32,000 nucleotides of DNA from Aeropyrum pernix K1 (lineage in GTDB: Archaea > Thermoproteota > Thermoprotei_A > Sulfolobales > Acidilobaceae). The stretch is from assembly GCF_000011125.1 (NCBI RefSeq), contig NC_000854.2, positions 390,001 through 422,000 on the forward strand, read 5' to 3'. The translations under genes were made by a program, and so were the position numbers. The notes beneath the pieces are model-generated. The model was given only the letters and a program-made list of their open reading frames with translations. It did not search any database and was not told where the DNA came from. Each line of letters begins with the position of its first letter. Position 1 is the stretch's first letter. Positions 9,443-14,693 of the stretch are shown one piece after another.

Positions 9443-10603
9443 GTGGGAGCGGTGAAGCGGAGGATAGTGATCCTGGGCGGCAGCTTCGGTGGCTTGCAGG
9501 CGGCCCGCTACACTCTAGACCTCCTGGGGGATAAGGCGGATATTACTGTTGTAAATGAGTCGGACCGTATCGTTTTCAAGCCAGCACTAACCTATCTGGC
9601 GGCAGGCATGAGGTCCTCAGCAGAAGAGCTCTACATACCCCTTCGCGAGAAGTTTGCCAACACCAGTGCAAGGCTAGAAGTGTCTAGAGTAAGCGGGATC
9701 TACCCCGAGGAGAACAAGGTAGAGCTGAGCTCGGGCTCGGCTATAGAGTACGACTACCTGGTAATAGCCCTAGGGGCTGTACCCGACGAGAAGGCCCTGC
9801 CGGGCCTGGAAGAGGCTAACGCGAACCCATGGACCCTCGAGGGCGCTCTAAAGGTGAGGAGGGCCTTGGAAAATGGGGCCAGGAAGGTTGTTGTAGGCTC
9901 CTTCAAGCCACCCTACCCGTGCCCTCCAGCGCCCATAGAGCTGGCCGGCCTAGTAGCCAAGACCCCCCTGGCGGGTAACGGGGGAGTAGAGGTGACCCTC
10001 GGGTTCCCAGGGCCCAGGCCCCTGCCTCCCCTGGGTGAGGAGGTCTCCTCTAAGCTGGAGGCCCTAATAGAGTCCACCCCGATCAGGTACGTCAGGGACT
10101 TCAAGCCGATAGAGGTTGACCCCGGGCGTAAGGTGTTGAGGCACGAGGGCGGGGAGGAGAGTTTCGACGTTCTAGCCCTGGTCCCACCCTACAAGGTCAA
10201 CCCCCTGATTGTCGAGGCCGGTCTGGCCAGTGAGGGAGGATGGCCTAGGGTCTTGTTTGAGAAGGGGTTCAGACATGGCAGCTACGACAACATCTACGTT
10301 ATAGGAGATTCAAGCGTCGCCCAGTACGGCGCGCCTATGGCAGGGTTCCTGGCGGGCTTTATGGCCCTGGGGGCTGCGAGGGCGATAGCCGAGGACCTGG
10401 GGGAGCCTGTGGAGGCTGGCGGTAAGAAGGCCTATGCCAAGTGCTTCGTAGATTATATAGACGATGGTGCCGCCGTCTTCTGCGACTTCACAGGACTGTT
10501 CACAGGAGAGGGAGGCCCCCACTGCCACGTTATAGCGGAGGGAGGCCTGGTGGGGGAGTACAAGAAGGCGCTGGAGAGGTACTGGAGGTCCTTTAAACTC
10601 TAA
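9443..10603 (+). CDS. FAD-dependent pyridine-nucleotide-disulfide oxidoreductase of the sulfide:quinone oxidoreductase / type-II NADH dehydrogenase family
   Basis: 386-aa ORF with an N-terminal Rossmann motif RRIVILGGSFGGLQAA. It also carries FKPPYPCPPAPIELAG (a Cys-containing C-x-x-A-P-x-E motif like that of SQR-type enzymes), IYVIGD and late cysteines (KCFVDY..AVFCDF). GTG 9452 (MKRRIVILGG) is a plausible alternative start. Confidence 0.8.
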   Translation: MGAVKRRIVILGGSFGGLQAARYTLDLLGDKADITVVNESDRIVFKPALTYLAAGMRSSAEELYIPLREKFANTSARLEVSRVSGIYPEENKVELSSGSAIEYDYLVIALGAVPDEKALPGLEEANANPWTLEGALKVRRALENGARKVVVGSFKPPYPCPPAPIELAGLVAKTPLAGNGGVEVTLGFPGPRPLPPLGEEVSSKLEALIESTPIRYVRDFKPIEVDPGRKVLRHEGGEESFDVLALVPPYKVNPLIVEAGLASEGGWPRVLFEKGFRHGSYDNIYVIGDSSVAQYGAPMAGFLAGFMALGAARAIAEDLGEPVEAGGKKAYAKCFVDYIDDGAAVFCDFTGLFTGEGGPHCHVIAEGGLVGEYKKALERYWRSFKL

Positions 10604-10684
10604 TTAAGTTAAGAAAAATAATGCGAGCTTGAGAGCACTAAAATCTTGGAGTTGGAAGGAGGAGAGTATCTGTTAAAAAACTTT

Positions 10685-10696
10685 TTCATTCTACAC
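10685..10696. terminator. Bidirectional oligo-T signal (AAAAAACTTTTT) between convergent genes
   Basis: A T5 run on the plus strand lies 89 nt after the flavoprotein stop. A T6 run on the minus strand lies about 19 nt after the 10709 stop. Archaeal termination typically uses oligo-T tracts. Confidence 0.5.
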
Positions 10697-10708
10697 GGTT
10701 GCATAACG

Positions 10709-11341
10709 CTAGTTGAGAGCGTCATAGAGGGCGGGGAATACGAAGGTTCCTACGCCGTCGATCTCGATGGCCACGGCTGCCGTCCAAGCACCTCCTCTGA
10801 AGATTGTTAGCCTGACGCTAACCTCTTCTCCCCTATCCTCGACGGCCTTCTCAATGTTCTCGAATATCCATGCTCCGCTTACCATGTAGCCGTTCTCCAC
10901 GTCTATGTATGCAGGGAGTATCTTGGCCCTCACAGTTCCATCGCCGGTGTCAACCACTATTGCGTTGTACCTGTCCAGGGCGTTTACAACAACTCCTTCA
11001 ACCTCGGCTAGAGCCTCCTCCATGCTGTCCTGGTCCATGAAGACGTAGCCCATGCCACCCTGCATCCAGCCGCCTCCCTGCCACGGGCCTGGCATCCCCA
11101 TCATTCCGCCCATATGCATATACTCCATCATAGGGCACTCGCCATAATCGTCCTCGTACGGCTCATCGTGACCGTCCATGCCGCCCATGCCGGGGGATGC
11201 TATGGGCTGGCTGCCGCCCATCATTCCCCCCACTCCCTGGCCTCCTCCGTGGGCTAGCGCCGAGGCCGCATACAGGCCTCCGCCCACTAGTATTGCGGAG
11301 AGGGCGAGGGCCACCGCGAGCATCTTGAGATCCACACCCAT
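10709..11341 (-). CDS. Secreted or anchored Met/Gly/His-rich protein with a C-terminal OB-fold-like beta domain
   Basis: 210-aa ORF with an N-terminal hydrophobic segment (LAVALALSAILVGGGLYAASALA). This is followed by about 75 residues with about 17 Met (GGMMGG, GMGGMDGH, CPMMEYMHMGGMMGMPGPW, GGGWMQGGMG). The C-terminal part EGVVVNALDRYNAIVVDTGDGTVRAKILPAY...GEEVSVRL...AIEIDGVG is paralogous to the 7737..8294 product. A GAGGTGG Shine-Dalgarno lies 6-8 nt before the ATG. Confidence 0.8.
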   Translation of the reverse strand: MGVDLKMLAVALALSAILVGGGLYAASALAHGGGQGVGGMMGGSQPIASPGMGGMDGHDEPYEDDYGECPMMEYMHMGGMMGMPGPWQGGGWMQGGMGYVFMDQDSMEEALAEVEGVVVNALDRYNAIVVDTGDGTVRAKILPAYIDVENGYMVSGAWIFENIEKAVEDRGEEVSVRLTIFRGGAWTAAVAIEIDGVGTFVFPALYDALN

Positions 11342-11384
11342 CTCATACCACCTCGCATGTCCACCCTAGGATATTGAGGGGTGC

Positions 11385-11392
11385 TTTAAAAA
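11385..11392 (-). promoter_or_regulatory. TATA-like box (TTTTTAAA on the minus strand) for the 10709..11341 gene
   Basis: An AT octamer about 47 nt upstream of ATG 11341. This spacing is consistent with a short leader that includes the GAGGTGG Shine-Dalgarno. Confidence 0.45.
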
Positions 11393-11397
11393 CGGAG

Positions 11398-11414
11398 ACT
11401 CACAAATTGTGAGT
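11398..11414. promoter_or_regulatory. Perfect 8-1-8 palindrome ACTCACAA-A-TTGTGAGT; candidate operator in a divergent promoter
   Basis: Read directly from the sequence. It lies 5 nt from the TATA-like box on the BRE side, between the divergent genes at 11341(-) and 11552(+). Confidence 0.55.
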
Positions 11415-11504
11415 ACCTGGAAGCGCTATTCTAATGGACGACTTATTCAAATACATTATCTATCACGGCCTTTCTCTCTGGGTAATCCATCGTTAAGTTC
11501 TATG

Positions 11505-11512
11505 TATAAATA
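11505..11512 (+). promoter_or_regulatory. TATA box TATAAATA for the 11552..11890 gene
   Basis: It lies about 40-47 nt upstream of ATG 11552. A GAGGA Shine-Dalgarno at 11541-11545 sits in the predicted short leader. Confidence 0.5.
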
Positions 11513-11551
11513 CTTAGTTTGAAAATAATTTTAATAACGAGGATGTAGACA

Positions 11552-11890
11552 ATGATGGCGTATTACGGCGCTAATATAGCCTCAAAACCCCTCCTGCTAG
11601 ACGCGGGAGATATGAATACTGAAATGGGTGGATGCTGCATGATGGGGTGGGGATGGGGCTTCTTCGGAGGACTCTGGGGCCTCTTCTGGATGCTAATCTT
11701 CATACTCATACTAGGGGCGGTGATCTACGCCATCATAGTACTAATAAGAGGCCTAGCGACAGGGCAGCAGACCCAACAACCCGTACAACAGCCCAGCGAG
11801 AAGCACCTCGAACAGGAGATCAGGAGCCTAAAAAGCGAGATAGAAGAGATTAAAAGGCTGTTAAGCGAAAGGAAGAGGGAAGAAAAGTGA
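11552..11890 (+). CDS. Small single-pass membrane protein with a Met/Cys/Trp/Gly-rich N-terminal segment and a charged coiled-coil tail
   Basis: 112-aa ORF. It reads EMGGCCMMGWGWGFFGGLWGLFWMLIFILILGAVIYAIIVLI, then a Q/P-rich linker, then EQEIRSLKSEIEEIKRLLSERKREEK. Confidence 0.7.
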   Translation: MMAYYGANIASKPLLLDAGDMNTEMGGCCMMGWGWGFFGGLWGLFWMLIFILILGAVIYAIIVLIRGLATGQQTQQPVQQPSEKHLEQEIRSLKSEIEEIKRLLSERKREEK

Positions 11891-11933
11891 AAATAGTAGA
11901 CCCTGAGAAGACGCGCTATCACATGAAGAATCA

Positions 11934-11938
11934 TTTTT
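11934..11938 (+). terminator. Oligo-T tract (T5) downstream of the 11552..11890 gene
   Basis: TCATTTTTAC lies 44 nt after the stop codon. A 6-bp hairpin CCTTTC/GAAAGG follows at about 11961-11978. Confidence 0.45.
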
Positions 11939-12274
11939 ACCTATTTACCCAACTAGCGCTCCTTTCCTAGAAGAAAGGCTAAATAGCCGGAATAACCGTC
12001 TTCCCTAATTACACAACGCTGACTTAGAACTAGACCGCTCCCTCCGCATCTGGTAGTAGGCCCCTGAGACACCAAAATAGAGAATTTAACTCCATCCTCA
12101 GAGGCCAGTGCCTCTAATAGCTACCTCCAAATCTACTGTAGCACATTACTTGGTCCAGGCAGCTATACGCCCGCCCCTTCATAGCCCTGGCTTGAAACGG
12201 GCCGAGGGTGTCTCCGGATTTTCCCGGCTAACGCCGGTTATTAAACCTCTCGCTATACACTTCCATGATGCTGA

Positions 12275-12293
12275 AAGCGTTTTCCAAACGCTT
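12275..12293. other. Perfect 8-bp inverted repeat AAGCGTTT-tcc-AAACGCTT (hairpin)
   Basis: Read directly from the sequence. It lies in the 495-nt non-coding stretch flanking the 3' end of tRNA-Asn. Confidence 0.6.
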
Positions 12294-12296
12294 CCC

Positions 12297-12351
12297 TGGT
12301 TGAGGACCTGATTGACTCTCTGGAGTTTGAGGTGGTTGAGGATTTGATTGA
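12297..12351. repeat. Two 19-nt direct repeats, TGGTTGAGGACCTGATTGA (12297-12315) and TGGTTGAGGATTTGATTGA (12333-12351), 17/19 identical
   Basis: Read directly from the sequence. The repeats are embedded in TTGAGG / TTGATT micro-repeats, 35-90 nt from the 3' end of tRNA-Asn. Confidence 0.7.
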
Positions 12352-12385
12352 TTTTGATTAGTAGTGATGTTTCCAGGATGGTTTC

Positions 12386-12462
12386 TGGCGCCGGGGAGGG
12401 GACTTGAACCCCCGACCACCGGGTTAACAGCCCGGCGCTCTACCTAGCTGAGCTACCCCGGC
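12386..12462 (-). tRNA. tRNA-Asn (anticodon GTT), 77 nt, genomically encoded CCA
   Basis: The reverse complement folds as GCCGGGG-TA-GCTC-AGCTAGGTA-GAGC-G-CCGGG-CTGTTAA-CCCGG-TGGTC-GGGGG-TTCAAGT-CCCCT-CCCCGGC-G-CCA. All four stems pair, with one G-T wobble in the T stem. Confidence 0.93.
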
Positions 12463-12511
12463 ACCCTCCCTATCTCTATCTCATCTTGTGGCTTTAACGG
12501 TTTCCGCCTGG

Positions 12512-12964
12512 CTAGCCGCTGGCTAGTGAGAGGGCGTTCATCACGAACTCGTACATCCCATCCTTCTTCAGCCCCCTCTCCATCCTGTAGAGCTGCTCGG
12601 GGGCGATACCGTACCTCCTAGCGACCTTGTAGGGGGGCTCTCCCCGCCCTCGGGCGTAGAGGAGGAGTATTAGGCTTCTTATCGCGCCGGGGTGGGAGAG
12701 CCTCCTCCTGAAGCTGTAGTGGTTTATAGCCTCCTCGAGGATCCTGGTTATGGGGTAGCTGTCAACCATCCACTCGATAACCTCCCTGGGGAGGCGTATC
12801 TCCTTGGGCCTGCCGAGCCCGTAGACGACTATAGACTCCTCGGACTTAACCTCGAAGATCCTGGTTATGAAGTTGCCCCGCCCCAACAGCCGGACCACCT
12901 CCACTGGGAGAGGAGGCCCCCGAGAGGGATAACTATGAGCCCCCGCGGCAGGCGGGGGCTGCAT
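12512..12964 (-). CDS. Hypothetical protein with a C-terminal helix-turn-helix-like segment
   Basis: 150-aa ORF between the two tRNA genes. The C-terminal part reads PPYKVARRYGIAPEQLYRMERGLKKDGMY. The Pro-rich first 20 codons are doubtful, and in-frame GTG codons at about 12904/12898 are alternative starts. Confidence 0.55.
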   Translation of the reverse strand: MQPPPAAGAHSYPSRGPPLPVEVVRLLGRGNFITRIFEVKSEESIVVYGLGRPKEIRLPREVIEWMVDSYPITRILEEAINHYSFRRRLSHPGAIRSLILLLYARGRGEPPYKVARRYGIAPEQLYRMERGLKKDGMYEFVMNALSLASG

Positions 12965-12989
12965 CTAGGAGCCCCGGGTATGGGGGCTG

Positions 12990-13103
12990 TGGTGGGCCCG
13001 GGGGGATTTGAACCCCCGACCTACGGGTCTGGAGCCTCGGCCTCCCGCACCCTCTGGAGGCCTATGCGGGGTCCGCCGCTCTGCCTGGCTGAGCTACGGG
13101 CCC
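12990..13103 (-). tRNA. tRNA-Trp (anticodon CCA) with a 37-nt intron, genomically encoded CCA
   Basis: The reverse complement reads GGGCCCG-TA-GCTC-AGCCAGGCA-GAGC-G-GCGG[37-nt intron]G-CTCCAGA-CCCGT-AGGTC-GGGGG-TTCAAAT-CCCCC-CGGGCCC-A-CCA. The mature length is 77 nt, and all stems pair once the intron is removed. Confidence 0.85.
13036..13072 (-). other. tRNA-Trp intron (ACCCCGCATAGGCCTCCAGAGGGTGCGGGAGGCCGAG) inserted in the 5' strand of the anticodon stem (position 30/31, plus or minus 1-2 nt)
   Basis: The boundaries were deduced by restoring a 5-bp anticodon stem (GCGGG/CCCGT). They can slide because of flanking G residues. A relaxed bulge-helix-bulge can be drawn with central helix CGGC/GCCG and 3-nt bulges GG|A and AG|G. 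Confidence 0.6.
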
Positions 13104-13296
13104 GCCCCCAGTTGTCTATTGTTTGTTCCCGGCTGCGGCTTAAAATCGCTAAGCCTGGGATGCGCGGGGTGGAGTGGGTGTTGTGGGCCTTGGCCTGCGG
13201 GCCTTGTCATCACGGCCGCCCAGGCTGTCGGGCGGCTCTAGACCCGGGTTCTCCGTCTACGCCTCTCTAGGGCGTTTTGGCCATCGGCCCCGCCTC

Positions 13297-13824
13297 TTAT
13301 ATATGACGCTGCGGGGTGTTGAGCTTTACCTCCCCCTCCTGCAGCATAGCTAGGATGCGCCTGAGTATCCTGAGAGTAGCGCCCCATAGTATGAGGCCTC
13401 CTGGGAGGCTTAGGCCCTCGATAACCCCCCTGTAGGGGTGTCTAACGGGGCCGGGCTTTGCCGATGCGATGTGGAGGGGGGCCCATATGGCTGCGTCTAC
13501 CTCCTCCTCAGCCGGCCTGGGCTCGGCCGGGCCCTGGAGAGCCGCTATCACGACGTGTATCCTCCTCCCGGCGGTCAGGGTTTTCTCGCAGCAGTAGGAT
13601 GCTAGGGGCCTTACAGCTGCGGGGGGTATCCAGGCCTCCTCCCAGGCCTCCCTCGCTGCAGCCTCCAGGGGGGCCTCGCCCCTCTTCACTCCGCCCCCCG
13701 GTAGGGCTAGGTCGCATGCCCAGGGGCTGCCTGGGGCGCACCTCTTCCTGACCAGTAGCACCCTGGTGGGGCTGCCCCAGAGTAGGGCTAGCACTGAGGA
13801 GTCTGGCCCTCCCAAGGGTTCCAT
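13297..13824 (-). CDS. Nudix hydrolase (CoA pyrophosphatase-like)
   Basis: 175-aa ORF with the Nudix box GGGVKRGEAPLEAAAREAWEEAWI (G-x5-E-x7-REUxEExGU). The C-terminal LWGATLRIL resembles the WG.TA.IL motif of NudL/NUDT7-type enzymes. Confidence 0.82.
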   Translation of the reverse strand: MEPLGGPDSSVLALLWGSPTRVLLVRKRCAPGSPWACDLALPGGGVKRGEAPLEAAAREAWEEAWIPPAAVRPLASYCCEKTLTAGRRIHVVIAALQGPAEPRPAEEEVDAAIWAPLHIASAKPGPVRHPYRGVIEGLSLPGGLILWGATLRILRRILAMLQEGEVKLNTPQRHI

Positions 13825-14342
13825 CCCGCCTGGGCTGTGCAGGGCTCCGCCGGCTTTCCCTTGAGGACCTCGCAGCCGCGGGGGGTGTGTAGAACCAGCG
13901 TCTCAACCCTCCTCCTGAGAGCCTCGAGCACGTAAGGGTTGTCGTCGTGGACCTCCCCTACACAACCCTCCCTAGCCTCCACCTCCATTATACTCTCGAG
14001 CTTGTGGTCCACCTCCCCCACGCCCCGCCTCCTCAGGATTATGCCCCTGACACCCCCGAGGGGTATACACCACTCCCTCAGCAGCCTGGCTATCAAGCTC
14101 CTCTCCTGCTCAGGCCTCCCGGAGACTATGTACACCCTGTAGCCCCTCCCGATAAGCCTCCTGGCGAGAGCGACACCCAGGGGCCTAGGCCTAACCTCCC
14201 CCTCAAAGCCTTCAGCCAGCACGCCGTCGAAGTCGAACACCACCGTCCTACACTCGCCGGTGGGCGGCCCTCCGTGGAGTAACCTCTCCCCATGCACGCC
14301 GTCGGGTGAAACCAGAGACTTCACGGGGCCGCCACTACACAT
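13788..14342 (-). CDS. HAD-superfamily phosphatase/hydrolase
   Basis: 184-aa ORF with motif I VVFDFDGVL (DxD), motif II IVSGR, and a late acidic motif VHDDN. It overlaps the Nudix start by 37 nt, so the two are probably in one operon. Confidence 0.72.
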   Translation of the reverse strand: MCSGGPVKSLVSPDGVHGERLLHGGPPTGECRTVVFDFDGVLAEGFEGEVRPRPLGVALARRLIGRGYRVYIVSGRPEQERSLIARLLREWCIPLGGVRGIILRRRGVGEVDHKLESIMEVEAREGCVGEVHDDNPYVLEALRRRVETLVLHTPRGCEVLKGKPAEPCTAQAGWNPWEGQTPQC

Positions 14343-14462
14343 TATCTACAGCCTCGGAAGGCTTAGACAGTATCCCCTGTGGTTGGTTATATGCCAGTTG
14401 TTAATAGCTCCAGGCCGCCATTATAATGTTATGGCCTGCCATGGCCGTGGGTGTAGAGTCTT

Positions 14463-14693
14463 ATGCCCAAGTGTATCGTGTGCGGTAGGTTCTTCCACGA
14501 GGGGCAGGGCATCATTATAAAGATACCAGGCGGGCTCCTGGAGTTCCACAGTTCGAGGTGTGCACAGAGGTTTCTAAGGATGCTGCTGGAGGAGAGGGGG
14601 TCTGAGTGTGTGGCTAGGGAGGCTCTCGAGCTGGCGAGGGGGCTGAGGTCCTCTCTCGAGAGGCTGGAGGAGGGGAGGGCGAAGGCGATATGA
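14463..14693 (+). CDS. Small TRASH / L24e-like zinc-ribbon protein (C-x2-C ... H-x3-C) with a helical acidic tail
   Basis: 76-aa ORF reading MPKCIVCGRFFHEGQGIIIKIPGGLLEFHSSRCAQRF. This matches the CxxCG..i..G.G......dG....FcSskC..F pattern of the TRASH/L24e fold, with the third Cys replaced by His. Its stop overlaps the next start (ATGA). Confidence 0.7.
   Translation: MPKCIVCGRFFHEGQGIIIKIPGGLLEFHSSRCAQRFLRMLLEERGSECVAREALELARGLRSSLERLEEGRAKAI

Noticed and set aside
12108-12419. ORFs 12108..12311(+) and 12228..12419(-)
   Set aside because: They lie in the repeat-containing non-coding stretch. The minus-strand one overlaps the tRNA-Asn gene and merely translates the TTGAGG/TTGATT micro-repeats (NQNQSNPQPPQ). 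No start signals are present.
7516-12462. Integrated mobile element at tRNA-Asn (integrase, att duplication) and any CRISPR array
   Set aside because: No integrase, transposase or viral-type ORF is visible. I found no second copy of the tRNA-Asn 3' half (only the generic T-arm similarity with tRNA-Trp). The only direct repeats are two 19-mers, far too few and too short for a CRISPR array.
13150-13296. GC-rich spacer with a perfect box-C-like GTGATGA (minus strand, 13207-13213), a 7-bp hairpin GCCGCCC/GGGCGGC (13215-13236) and a duplicated GGGCCTTG
   Set aside because: There is no CTGA box D or C'/D' downstream of the box C, and no ACA box for an H/ACA RNA. I cannot support an ncRNA call from the sequence alone. 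It may just be the Nudix 3' UTR or the upstream region of tRNA-Trp.
14463-14693. Calling the 76-aa zinc ribbon ribosomal protein L24e
   Set aside because: The fold pattern matches, but the third metal ligand is His. The basic C-terminal tail of L24e is replaced by an acidic or Arg-rich helix, and the gene is coupled to moaD-moaE rather than to ribosomal genes. I kept it as TRASH/L24e-like only.
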